From assembly GCA_951406725.2 (NCBI GenBank), contig OX597838.1, positions 4,402,001 through 4,466,000 of the forward strand: a stretch of 64,000 bases of DNA. The letters are read 5' to 3'. The translations under genes were made by a program, and so were the position numbers. Source of the DNA: Octopus vulgaris (taxonomy: Eukaryota). Each line of letters begins with the position of its first letter. The stretch's first letter is position 1. The notes under the pieces were generated by a model. It was not told where the DNA came from and did no database searches. It saw nothing but the letters and a program-made list of their open reading frames with translations. Below are positions 39,912 to 55,108 of this stretch, in pieces.

Positions 39912-40531
39912 TTTTTTTTAAATTTCATTTTAGGACATTAAAGATTAAGAGGGGGATTTTCTAAGATTAACTAATCCACCACCGTTCCCTCAAATTTCCC
40001 TCCCCCGCATTTTTAGAGAGAACGGTACAGGTACAACATCGATTTTCCGGAACTTTTGTTTCAAAGCCCTTTCCAAATTATTTATTTTTCCGGACTCTAA
40101 AATAAATTGGGCATTCCTTCGATATAACTCGACAAAATCAAAACATTCCACTTCGGGTATTTCCGTGGGTTGTGGAGTATAGATATAACGAAATTATGCC
40201 AGCAATGTCTCGTTTTAATCTTGAAGCAAAAAAGCCTTGCATATTTGTTCTCACCTGTTTCATGTGTATATGTAAAATCTGCAAATTTCCAAACAGAAAA
40301 CAGAATCGAACTGTCATTTGCTTCCACAGAAATACCTGGTGAATTTTTTTGATTTTAATCGGGTTATATCGAAAGAATGCCCTATCTTTTTTTATTTAAA
40401 TTTCATTTTAGGACATTAAATATTAAGAGGGGGATTTTCTAAGATTAACTGATCCACCGTTCCCTCCTTCCGTATTTTTAAAGAGAAAGGTGCAAGCCCT
40501 TTCCAAATTATTTATTTTTCCGGACTCTAAA
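39912..40531 (+). repeat. Direct repeats (about 39912-40101 and 40394-40531) flanking the MITE
   Basis: Both contain TTTAAATTTCATTTTAGGACATTAAA...GAGGGGGATTTTCTAAGATTAACT and AAGCCCTTTCCAAATTATTTATTTTTCCGGACTCTAAA. Confidence 0.8.
40109..40382. mobile_element. MITE with ~35 bp TIRs
   Basis: GGGCATTCCTTCGATATAACTCGACAAAATCAAAA / TTTTGATTTTAATCGGGTTATATCGAAAGAATGCCC. Confidence 0.75.
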
Positions 40532-41159
40532 TTAATTAAATCCTAAATTTACTTAAATAATTGAATGCAATAGAGGGGACCTGAACTGAAACGTGAGGAA
40601 CAAAGAGTGATTCACCTACCTCTCAGGGTCCCTCTCGGTATTGACAGTCCAGCCGGGTTAAATCCTAGATGCGCCCTATCCGTGTAATTAATTTATCGCT
40701 AGAACATACGGTAAATTCCCTTTCCAGCTCCTACGTCCACACGTGTCCGTCCGCTCCTACTACTCAAGGCAAAAGTGGTCCACGCTGGTCCTACTTCCGC
40801 CCACTTGACCTCGCTCACACCTCCTCTTCCGGTAGGGTCCCTCAGCCATTCACTTCACTGACCCATTCCTCCCGGCTCACCTCATCTCTACACGAACAAT
40901 AGTATAAATCAGGGACCCTCATATTGTACTTGGGTGGCCCCAATAACCATTCGAAGTTTGATAAGATCCTATTTTATTTTCACAATTAAATATTATTAAG
41001 GGCTGTGTGGTAAGCAGCTTGTTTACGAACCACATGGTTCCGAGTTCAGTCCCACTGCGTGGCACCTTGGGCAAGTGTCTTCTACTATAGCCTCGGGCCG
41101 ACCAAAGCCTTGTGAGTGGATTTGGTAGACGGAAACTGAAAGAAGCCCGTCGTATATAT

Positions 41160-41259
<100 letters not shown>

Positions 41260-41302
41260 GTATGTATGTATATATATATATGTATGTATATATGTATGTA
41301 TG

Positions 41303-41346
<44 letters not shown>

Positions 41347-42097
41347 TATGTAGGTGTGTGTATATGTTTGTGTCTGTGTTTGTCACCCCAACATCGCTTG
41401 ACAACCGATGCTGGTGTGTTTACGTCCCCTGTAACTTTGTGGCTCGGCAAAAGAAACCGATAGAATAAGTACTAAGCTTACAAAGAATAAGTCCTGGGTT
41501 CGATTTGCTCGGCTAAAGGTGGTGCTCCAGCATGGCCACAGTCAATTGGGTATAAGTCAATTTCATCGACCCCAGTGCATAAATGGTACTCTATGTTAAC
41601 GACTCTGAAAAGAGGAAAGGTAAAGTCGACCTCGGCGGAATTTGAACCCAGAATGTAAACAACCGGAAGAAATACCGCGAAGCATTTTCTCCGGTGTGTT
41701 ACTGATTCTGCCAACTCGCCGATGATGATGATGAAATTGGCACCAGGCCAGCAAAGTCACCCCAGTACACAATTGGTACTTATTTTATCGACCTCGAAAG
41801 GATGAAAGGTAAAGTCCACCTCTGCGGAATTTGAACTCAGAACGTTAAGACGGACTAAAGGCCACTCAGCATTTTCTCCGGCGTTGCCAACAGTTCTGCT
41901 AGCATACCGCCTTCATCATCATCACCACCACCATCATCGTCATAATAATAATAATAATAATAATCCTTTCTACTAAAGGTAAAAGGCCTGAAATTTTGGG
42001 GGAGGGGGACAAGTGGTACTTAATTTATCGACCCCGAAAAGATGAGAGGCAAAGTTGGCCTCTACGGAATTTGAACTCAGAACGTAGATAGAATAAT

Positions 42098-42130
<33 letters not shown>

Positions 42131-42131
42131 G

Positions 42132-42276
<145 letters not shown>

Positions 42277-42289
42277 TAATAATAATAAT

Positions 42290-42665
42290 AGTAATAATTT
42301 ATTTTATTTGCCACCAGGGTGAAGGTTGATGTGAACAACACAAAGGCAGACGTGAAGTGTGGGTGTTTACATATAATGAAATGAGATTAAAAAACCCATA
42401 TAAATGTATAGAAAGTCAACATCGAATACAATAAGACGGAAGAGAGCATGTTTAGTATAGAATAATAAAAATAAATAGAAATAGAATAAGAAAAAAAAAA
42501 CAACAGAAAATAAATAGGGGGTGGGGTGATGATAGGGATGGGTCCCTCCTGAAACAGGAGGATCTCTGGGGATAATCCAAGATCTCCCTGAACACCAAAA
42601 ACAGGTGCCTTCTGCAATTCTTGTTTCTCCAACTCGCAGGTCTATGCTTAGAGCGGTACCACCCA
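42290..42665 (-). mobile_element. Probable non-LTR retrotransposon 3' end (class unresolved)
   Basis: Minus strand ends CCCTGGTGGCAAATAAAATAAA followed by an (ATT)n tail. Confidence 0.4.
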
Positions 42666-42948
42666 CGATGATAACAACAGCAGCAACAATAACAATACTA
42701 CTACTACTACTAGTAATAATAATAATAATAATGATAATCTTTTTTCTACTCTAGGCACAAGGCCTGAAATTTTGGGGAGAAGGAGGGGGGGGGCTAGTCA
42801 ATTTAGATCGACCCAGTTCGCAACTGGTACTTAATTTATCGACCTCGAAAGTCGACCTCGGCGGAATTTGAACTCAGAACGTAAAGACAGACGAAATACT
42901 GCTAAGCATTTCGCCCGGCGTCCTAACGTTTCTTGCCAGCTCGCCGCC

Positions 42949-43012
<64 letters not shown>

Positions 43013-43028
43013 TAATGATAATAATAAC

Positions 43029-43063
<35 letters not shown>

Positions 43064-43079
43064 TAATAATAATAATAAC

Positions 43080-43146
<67 letters not shown>

Positions 43147-44119
43147 GATGAGAGATGCAGCAAAAGGGCAGTCTATAATTTGTGGGGGAGTTTACGATTT
43201 ACAAAAAAAAAAAAAAAATGGAAAAGACGATATAAAATGAAATCAAAGATTAGACCTAGTATACGAAATGCAGACCTCTGATAATAATTGTGGCTGACTT
43301 AGGTCCAAAAGCTAAGATTTTAGTTGAAAGTGTAGGGCTAGTCGATAAAATCAACCCCAGTTCAAATTCCGCCGAGGTCGACTTTGCCTTTCATCCTTTC
43401 GGGGTCGATAAATTAAGTACCAGTTACGCACTGGGGTCGGTGTAATCGACTTAATACCTATGTCTGTCCTTGTTTGTCCCCTCTGTGCTTAGCCCCTTGT
43501 GGGTAATAAAGAAATAGGTATTTAATATTTATCGAGTCCTGCTAAATGGACTGTAAAAAGAGAGCTGACCTCAGCGGCATTTGGATAATAATATATGGGC
43601 AGAATGAATGAAATACAAAGGAAAAAGAAAAAAATATGCCAGAGAGAGAGAAAAGCTCCCAGAAAGGCTAAACTGAAATCGGGGAAGAAAAGAAGTGGTT
43701 TTACAAAATAAAAGATCAAAGGATTTGATTGAAGAAATTCAATGGAAACGGTAAGGAAAGTTAAAACAACTTACAGTCAGAACACGGTGTTGTTCGCTGA
43801 CGTCGTCGTCTCTCGTGGACATCCACAACAATCTCACAATTCTCTCTCTCTCTCTCTCTCTTCTTCTTCTGGCAGACGACGCTTGGCTCTTTGCCAAGAA
43901 CGAAAATGTACTTTCGACCAATCAAAACGCTTCCTATGCAGGTCATGTGTTTCATTCACTATTTTTCTTCGCTTTCATTCGTTCTAATTACTTTCTCTCT
44001 CTGCTAGTATTTTATTTCCTTCCTCTTTTCTCTCGGCATCCCCGCTTTTTTTCCTTTTTCTTTTCTCTTTCTTTTGTGTCATTGTGTTTCTCTGTCTATC
44101 TACTATGGCTGACTCATCT

Positions 44120-45760
<1,641 letters not shown>

Positions 45761-45999
45761 CAGTAGGCGTTGCGGTCCTTCCAACGATATTTCACGGCGA
45801 TGACGCGTTCCGACGGCCATCTTCTCGCAGCCAGATGCGGCGACGGCGACGGCGGCGGTGCGCCATGGCTCTTGCAATGTAGTAACGGGTGTTGTTGCAG
45901 TGGTATGGGTCTTGCAGTTGTTGTAGTGGTGCTGGTGTGGATATAGCAGCATTTGTACTGTTATGGTGTTACTACTGTAATACTAATATTGGTAATACT

Positions 46000-46123
46000 A
46001 GTATTGGTATTGTATGTAGTGGTGTGTTTTGTGTTGTAGTACTGGTAGTGGCGTTACAGCAAAAGTAGTGGTCGTTTTGTAGTTAGTGCTGGTGTAGTAG
46101 TGGTAGTAGTAGTAGTAGTAGTA

Positions 46124-46172
<49 letters not shown>

Positions 46173-47920
46173 TAGTAGTAGTAATAACAGTGGTGGTGGC
46201 GGTACTAGCTATAGTAGTAGGTGTTGTGACTATAGTAGTGGTACTAATCGTGTTGAAGTTGGTGTTAGTGTTGCAGTGTTTGGACAACAGTTGCGACCAC
46301 TAGTAGCAGTAGTAGTGGTGACGGTGGTGGTGGTGATGGTGGTGGTGGTGATGGTTTGGGTGTTATTGCTGTCAAGCGCGGTCAAGAAGACCTATAGTCA
46401 ATGGCGTTCCAACCATGGCCACCTAAACTTGCGAGTAGTAGTAATAGTAGTAGTAGTAGTAGTAGTAGTAGTAGCAGTAGTAGCAGTAGTAGACTACTAG
46501 GGGTAGTAGTAGTTATGGTATTGGTAGTAGTAGTTGTAGTAGTAATGATGGTGATGATGGTGGTAGTGGTGGTGGTTGTGATGATGATAATGATGGTGAT
46601 AGTGATGGACGTGATGGTGGTGGTGGTGGTGGTGGTGGTGATTTTGGTGTTATTGTTGTTTAGCCCGGTCAAGCAGACCTGTGGTCAATGGCGTTCCGGC
46701 CATGGCCATCTAAACTTTACGAGTAGTAGTAGTAGCAGGTGTGATAATGGTGTTGGTGTTGGTGTTTGGGTTTGGGGGTTGGTGGTGGTGGTGGGGTTGG
46801 TGAGTGTTGGTGTGGAGAGGTGAGTGGGAGGGGGGATTGGAGACGTGTCCCAAATGTTGACAGAGAGAAGAAAAGAAAGAAAGAGTTGTACTGTATATAT
46901 ATGTGTCACATGACCTTCAAGTTAAAATATGGTTTATGAAAAGGAGGAGGGGTGGAGGAGGAGGAGGAGGAGGAGGAGAGAGATGGAAGCCGGGGGAAGG
47001 GATGAGGTGTGGGGGGGCTACAATTGTAACGTTTGTGGTGGGGGTGGTGGTGGTGGTGGTGGTGACGATGGCGGCGATGGTATTGGTGGTGATGTTATGA
47101 TGATGGTGATGATGATGATGATGATATATTTGGCGTTATTGTTTACTCCAGACCACCACTCCCTGGTCAAGCAGACCTATGGTCAATGACGTTCCAACCG
47201 TAGCCATCCTTCTGAGCCAAACTTCTTATTCCAGATCCGTTCTTTCCTTGTCTTCTTTATTTTTGAAACTGTGATGCGAGGGAGGGAGAACTTGACTGCG
47301 ATTTCTGTTTAGTTCTAATTGTGGTGTAGGTTATGGTATTGTGGTATTGTGTGTAATGGTGTTAGTAGTGGTGGTCGTAGTAGGAGAGGTAGTGGAGGGG
47401 GTCTGACGGCGGTGGTGCTGGTATTTGATGTGATGGTAGTGGTGGTGGTGGTGGTGGTGGTAGTGGTGGTGGCGTTGGTGATGGTGGTGGTGATGGTGGT
47501 GGTGATGGTAATGGTGGTGGTTGTGGTGGGAGTGCTGGTGATGGAGGTGGTGGTGGTTGTGGTGGGAGTGCTGGTGATGGTGATGGAGGTGGTTGTGGTG
47601 GTTGTGGAGGTGGTGGTGGTTGTGATGGCTGTGTGGATGATAATAGTATGGGTGAGTGTTGTAATGGTGGCGTTGGTGAAGAGACGGCAGCTGTGGTGGT
47701 GGTGGTGACAGCGATGATGGTGATGATGACGATGACCACGATGACGCTGGTGACGATGATGATGATGATGATGATGATGATAATGATGATGATGATGATG
47801 ATGATTATGATGATGATGATGTTGTTGATGATGATGATTACGATAATAATTAAGATGATGATTATGATGATGATGATGATGATGATGATGATGTTGTTGA
47901 TGTTGGTTAAGATAATGGTT

Positions 47921-47962
<42 letters not shown>

Positions 47963-48085
47963 GTTATGATGATAATGATGATGGCTATGATGATGATAGT
48001 TATGATGATGATAATAATGGTTAAGATGATGATCGAGATGAAGAAGATGGCGTTGATAGTGGCGATGACGACGACGACGATGATT
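46000..48085. repeat. (TAG)n/(TGG)n/(GAT)n trinucleotide low-complexity field with three copies of a ~45 bp complex motif
   Basis: GGTCAAG(C/A)AGACCT..GTCAATG(G/A)CGTTCC..CC.T.GCCA at about 46380, 46667 and 47165. Confidence 0.85.
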
Positions 48086-48787
48086 CAAAAGAAAAAAAAT
48101 AAAAGAAAAGATACCCCAAATAGATTAAAGATGATGAAGACAGATGAAAATAGAAGAAGAAGAAAAAGGTGTGGGAGGAAGCTGCGGGTGGAAGCAAAAC
48201 CACAAAGCAGAAACCATATGTTAATACGAGTGTTAAGTTGGTCGTCTGCCAAACCATTGGACAAAAACAGACGAACAAAATACAAACATATGAGGATGAT
48301 TAGGGCGGCGTGGGCGGGTAGTCTCTCGCAGATTGGTTAAATGTGGGAGGAAGGAAATACCTTAGGGTCCCACATCACCTGTACATGAGCCGAAAGGATT
48401 CGATTTGCTGAAATTTATGCGAGTAATTAGTAAACGAAAACTTCCTCTGGGTTATATCTCTCTTGTCTTTTTGTTTTTTTTTTAGCTTTTAGTTTTGCTC
48501 TGTTACTCGTTTCATTGCGGGGTATATTGGGGGTGGGGTACCCCGCCTCGAAGGGTTTTAGTTGAATGAATCGGCCCCCGCCCATCCCCGACATGACCCC
48601 CACCACCCCACCCACCCAACTCAGTACTTGTTCTGTCGTCGGTCTCTTCGGTGAGGTGGGGGCGAACTGTTAAGTTTACAGGGCCGTAAACAAACCGACA
48701 CAAGTTTGTCAAGCGATGATCGCGCTACACACACAACGACACACACGTATATACATACGCTCATAAGTATATACACACACATACGTG

Positions 48788-48821
<34 letters not shown>

Positions 48822-48939
48822 TACATATATACATATATATACATATATATATGTGTATATATATATATATACACACACATACAAATACGCACACACATCA
48901 CATATATACACACATATCAATGTATGTATATTTATATAT

Positions 48940-49037
<98 letters not shown>

Positions 49038-49498
49038 TATATTGATATACATACGTATATATTTATATACAACACACATACACACAACTGGCTTCCTTTC
49101 AGTTTCTGTCTCTCAAACCTAGCCACGTGGTTTGGGGGCCACAGTAGAAGACACTTGCCCAAGATGCCACACGGTGGGACTGAACCCAAGACCACATTGC
49201 TGGGGGAGCAAACTTCTTACCCACACAACTACAACGACATCTATCTTCAACAAAGAGAAAAAAGAAATTCTTGACAAGCAAGGGAGATAACGCCAATTAA
49301 TTTAATCAACAGGGTTGGGGGGGGGGAAGGGTGTTGCGGTGGGAGGTGTTGAGGTGTGGAATATAGAAATGAGGTTAGAGGAGTGGAACTTGTCTTTGGG
49401 GGTAAATGGTAAAAGGATATTGATCATGCCGTGGGATTATTCGATGATCTCAGCCAGCGAATTAGATTTGCTTCGATGATGAGACCAAGAATGATCAA

Positions 49499-49920
49499 TG
49501 TATGTATGTATGTATGTATGTGTGTATGTATGTATGTATGTGTGTATGTATGTATGTATGTGTGTATGTATGTGTGTATGTATGTATGTATGTGTATATG
49601 TATGTTTGTTTGTATGTATGTATGTATGTATATATGTATGTGTGTGTATGTATGTATGTATGTATGTATGCATGTATGTATGAATGTATGTATGTATGTG
49701 TGTGTGTATGTATGTATGTATGTATGTATGTATGTATGTATGTATGTATGCATGTATGTATGTATGTGTGTGTGTATGTATGTATGTATGTATGTGTCTG
49801 TGTATATGTATGTATGTATGTATGTATGTGTCTGTGTATATGTATGTATGTGTGTATGTATGTATGTATGCATGTATGTATGAATGTATGTATGTATGTA
49901 TGTATGTATGTATGTATGTA
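49499..49920. repeat. Degenerate (TATG)n/(TG)n compound microsatellite
   Basis: Direct reading. Confidence 0.95.
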
Positions 49921-50657
49921 CGCATGATGCATGTATGTATACACGCACGGAGCGAGCGAGAGAGAGAGAGAGATAATTTTATATTTATGTGTGTGCCAGA
50001 ATATAAATAAAAGGCGGTGCTCCAGCATGGCCGCAGTCAAATGACTGAAACCAGTAAAAGAATAAAAGAATACATATACAAATTTGCAAGGCAGCGGGCT
50101 GGCAGAACCGTTAGCACGCCGGGCGAAATGCTTAGCGGTATTTCGTCTGCCGTTACGTTCAGAGTTCAAATTCCGCCGAGATTGACTTTGCCTTTCATCC
50201 TTTCGGGGTCGATAAATTAAGTACTAGTTCTGCACTGGGGGTCGATATAATCGACTTAATCCGTTTGTCTGTCCTTGTTTGTCCCCTCTGTGTTTAGCCC
50301 CTTATGGGTAGTAAAGATATATGTATTTTATCTGTCTTTACATTCTGAGTTCAAATTCCGCCGAGGTCGACTTTACGTTTCATAATTTCGGGGTCGATAA
50401 ATTAATTATCAGTTGCGTACTGGGGTCGATCTAATCGACTGCCCCACCCCTCCCTGAAAATTTTCAGCCTTGTGCCTCGAGTAGAAAAGTATATACAAAT
50501 ATACATACACACAAATACACACACATGTATGTATATGTGTGTGTGTGTACATGTACTTGTGTATATATGTGTGTATGTGTATATGAGCCTGTGTGTGTGT
50601 AGAGAGAGAGAGAGGGGGGACAAGAAACAAGAAGGAATATAGTAAAGTTGATATTGA

Positions 50658-50695
<38 letters not shown>

Positions 50696-50696
50696 C

Positions 50697-50907
50697 GGGA
50701 AGCTTTATGAAAATAAACAAAAGACGAAGGCAGGTGGAGTACAAACAAACAATTGTATTAGTATGGCGCTCAGGAATATAAATAAAACAAGTCTTTTACG
50801 TTTCGAGCCTACGCTCTTCAACAGAAAGATACACAGAAAAGAAACACGGAGAGAAACAAGGAGAGAAAAAAATGCGTGCAGAAGCTAGCGAATCAACATG
50901 GCGATCT
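50697..50907 (-). mobile_element. (TA)n-embedded interspersed repeat carrying a hammerhead-like motif (probable Penelope-like pseudo-LTR fragment)
   Basis: Close homologues at 59441-59660 and 61970-62072, and a shorter one at 15050-15115; flanked by TA microsatellites. Confidence 0.6.
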
Positions 50908-51960
50908 GTATATATATATATATATATATATATGTATCGCCAATATATGATTGTGTGTGTTGAGTGGAGATGGAAGGTGGAGCTGGAGGACAGAGTGTAG
51001 AATTACACCTCAAGGGACCCGTTCTACATACTAATTATAAACACAGCGCAGTCTCAGGAAAAGAATCTGCTGAAATTAGGTCCAGTTAATTAACCGTGTA
51101 CAAACAATATGCCGAAAATCAAAATGCTGGCAGCCATATATCGTCGACATTTAAAACGCCGACAGTTAAATGTTGATAATTACATTGTTGACATTCAAAA
51201 TGCCGACAGTTTTTATTTGGTAAATATAATTAACGAAAATAATTCGTTTTTTAAACCAAAGCTATTTATTAACAGGACGGATGTCAAAAATTGTATATAA
51301 TAAATCGTTTTACTAAAGGTATGAAGCCTGAAATTTTGTGGTTATAGTGGTGGGGTATCTAGTCGATTAAATCGACACCAGTGCTCAACTGGTGTGCATT
51401 TTATCGACCCCGGAAAGGCTGAAGAAGCAAAGTCGACCTCGGCGGAATTTGAACTTAGAACACAAAGAGCTGAACGAAATGTCGCCAAGCAATTTGTACG
51501 GCTTGCTAACGATTTTGCCCGCTCGCCACCTTTATAATAACCCTTTCTACGAGGACTGAAATTTTAGGGGAGGTGGGGATTGTCGATATTGGCCCTAGTG
51601 TTCTACTGGTACTTAATTTATCACTCGGAAATGATAAGAGGCAAAGTCGACCTCAGCGGAATTTGAACTCAGAACGTAAAGACAGACGCCAGTTCGCTGC
51701 CTTTTACCACCTTAATAATAATCATTTCTATTACAGGCACAAGGCCTGGAATTTGAAGGGAAGGGTGTAAATCGATTACATCGATCCCAGTGCTCTACTG
51801 GTACTTATTTTTTGTCGACCCCCTCCCCACAAGGGAGATAAAAAGCAAAGTCGCGCTAAGGTGGAATTTGAACTCAGAACGTAAAGACAGACGAAATGCT
51901 GAAAAGTATTTTGCCCAGCATGCTAACGTTTATGTCTGCTCGCCACCTTTCACCGCCTTG

Positions 51961-52039
<79 letters not shown>

Positions 52040-52041
<2 letters not shown>

Positions 52042-52520
52042 GCCCTGATGCAGTACCAGGCAGTGGCTCTCATGGCTTCTGATCTTAACTGATTGGAAGT
52101 GTAATCATGTACATTGTTTTGTCCTGGTATAAAAGATGGGATACAGCAAATATTCTGCTCAATACCACAGATTTGCTTGTCAGTTGCTGGACCTTAACCA
52201 GTTGAGCATGTCCCTTAGTGGCTGACGATATGTGCATCTTTGACTACGAGTAGAAGTAGTGGGGGAGCATCATAGCCATGTGTTGAGAGGGATTCTTTGG
52301 GGTTTGAATAATTCAGGGACCTTTTGAGCAGGATGTGTTACTCGACCAGAAGAAAATTCTAACTGGGCCCCACCTGCAAGGTCATGTGCTGTTTATCTTA
52401 ATATGAGATCACCATGTTGCGAACATATGGTTGTGGTGCATGTGCTTGGTGTACCCTTATCAGATGGGTAGTCATGATGGGTATACTGGGCTTCGTATAT
52501 TTTACCCCAGTGTTACTCAA
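52040..52520. mobile_element. (AAT)n-flanked insertion of unresolved class
   Basis: About 480 bp of complex sequence bounded on both sides by AAT repeats, next to the Dong fragment. Confidence 0.35.
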
Positions 52521-52528
52521 TAATAATA

Positions 52529-52734
52529 TTCAGACAAATACATAACCAAAACACCAGGACTTACAAACACATATAACATACAGAAAATTGCACTACTAGG
52601 CACTGCACACATCCTACGCAAAACACTTTCAATACAGTAACAATCAGAGCATCACAACAAACCACAGCACATACCCAAGGCACACAGAGCTGCGCTCGGT
52701 AGTGAAGTGAAAGCACGCTATGAAAATAAAACTA

Positions 52735-52800
<66 letters not shown>
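52529..52800 (+). mobile_element. R4/Dong-clade 3' end fragment
   Basis: DKYITKTPGLTNTYNIQKIALLGTAHILRKTLSIQ-stop, then 3' UTR and (AAT)n tail. Confidence 0.8.
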
Positions 52801-52802
<2 letters not shown>

Positions 52803-54232
52803 TTCTTTCTACTTCAGAAAACATATATATGTATTACTCAAAAATTTATTACCCTTTACTGCAGAAAGCAGTTTCATAGAGCAATCAATCTTTTGTTAAG
52901 GAATGTCACGTTTGAAACTATTTTCTGTTGAGATATTTCAAGTTTACTGAGGCAACGGGACTTGTAGAAAATACAAATTTATTTATTTATTTATTTATTT
53001 ATTTATTTTTCTTTAGAAATTTAACATGATTAATTTCGCAATTAAAGGTTTCAGAAAAATTATTTGGAACGCAATATAAAAACTAAGGGATCTTGTTAAA
53101 TTTCTCTCATCCACTTGAAGTTTTTCAAATTTTAACCAGATTAAATTTTAGAAAATGTAGTTTTTGCATTCTGATAATGAATATCGCATTCATCTTTTTT
53201 TGTTTTTTCTAGAAATTAATAATAAAAAACGTAAGGTGTACTAGCCATCTGAATGTGGCTAGCCACTGGGGGTGGGGTGTTACTGATGCATTTAGCCCCA
53301 GGCGATCAACGTCACCAGATGGACTTTAGACACTATCTCAGTGCCCTTGTGTTATTTGCAAAGGGAGGTCATCCTCCCTCGAAGACCTAAGTACTACATA
53401 CGGACTATAGTTTCAAGGTAATTGCCTCTCGTCAACGCATGGTAAGCACCAGTCTTCGATGAAGGAGTCCCCTTGCAAATAATATATAACGTTTTTCACA
53501 GCAATGCATTTAAAGTTATATAATTTTAGCCAATCGGTAGCCGCCATTGCCAGACATAGCAGAAGTCGTGACTGTTTGCTTCATGGCAACAGCAAACACG
53601 AACTATGTAGTCTCTCGACTTCCTAGAAATAGTTGCCAAATCTTATTAAAATACACTATAACTACTTTAAACAAAATAAAACAAACTAAAACAAAAGAGA
53701 TGAAATATCGTGCATGTAACTTTTGATTGTTGACTTCTAGAAAAAGAAATGAATGCAACTTTTGTCGTCAGCATGGAAAACTACATCTATTCCATAGTTT
53801 TGAAAATAGTCTGATGAAAATTTGAGAAACGTCGAGTGGTAGGAAGAAATTTGACAAAATTCTATCAAAGAAACCGTTCGTGATTGGCGCAGAACCTGTC
53901 TTATCCGATGCAGGAAAAATCACCCAAATTATTCACAGAAAGACGGATGCAGACGATATATATATACGTTAAATACGGCAATAGAAGACAGAGCTAATAT
54001 TATCAACTCCATTTAAAATCGTTCACTGAATGATCGTCTGCTCACAAATCTGTGTCAGGGTACGAAATCCGAGTCGAACAAAAATAGCCTCGCTGGCGTC
54101 ATACGTAATCAATTCGTAGTTTTTACTGATTGTTTATAAGGAAACTATGACTTAGAGAATCATTTCAGGGTTGTCTCCCATGTGGAACACACTGCTGACG
54201 ATAGCCAATTAGCTTGAAATGCATTCATCGTT

Positions 54233-54248
54233 CCACCAGAGGGCGCCA
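54233..54248 (+). promoter_or_regulatory. Consensus CTCF motif
   Basis: CCACCAGAGGGCGCCA in otherwise AT-rich unique sequence. Confidence 0.55.
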
Positions 54249-54797
54249 TAAGATGTCTATTGGTGTTTTGACACTTATCGCCTAAAGCGAGACTTTTTTC
54301 CGTGGCAAATTGCTGTGAAAATTGCATTTTAGTACAGATCAAACATATCCCAAACATTTTTGAACTCATTTTAATGTTTCAATACTGCTTTAATGTGCCC
54401 TACTTCCAGTGTATTTAAAAGTTTAATGACTGTCATAGGGATGGGTTTGGAGACAGCTAGTAATGACCAGTAACTAATAGTAACTGTTAACTAGCTGTCG
54501 AGAATTTAAAAAAGAAATAAGCCGAAGACGATGTCATTTTGTTTTTGTAATAAAATTCTTTCATAATGAGAACTGGTTTTGCAAATTATGTTGATTAACA
54601 CACTTATTTGTGAAGCTTAATTAAGTTACCATGTCTTTGTAATGAGAGAACAATACAAGAAAAACAAAACGTTTTTATAATTTGAAAGATAAAAACCGGA
54701 AGTCGGTCACGGATGAAGAATAATAAATAAATAAATACAACGAAGGAGATATTGTGCGAAATGATGAATTTGAAGGGCTTCCATGACATTTATCTGT

Positions 54798-55108
54798 ATA
54801 AATTGATTGTGTTTTTAACCGGAATAAATTTCATTATTATTTATGAGATGTAACCAGAGATCTCACCCACCAACTGAATAAAACTTTAAGTTTAACAATT
54901 CATGGTAAATAGAAATATTTAAAAGGCGGCGAGCTGGCAGAATCGTTAGCATGCCGGGCAAAATTCTTAGCGGTATTTCGTCTGCCGCTATGTTCTGAGT
55001 TCAAATTCCGCCGAGGTCGACTTTTATTCAGTTGGTGGGTAGGATCTCTGGTTACATCTCTTAAATAATTATGAAATTTATTCCGGTTTAAAAACACAAT
55101 CAATTTAT
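54798..55108. repeat. Inverted duplication (arms about 54798-54882 and 55022-55108) interrupting a SINE
   Basis: ATAAATTGATTGTGTTTTTAACCGGAATAAATTTC...CCCACCAACTGAATAAAA and its reverse complement. Confidence 0.85.

Noticed and set aside
53805-53840. Hammerhead-like CTGATGA...GAAACGTC
   Set aside because: No credible stem I or stem II pairing.
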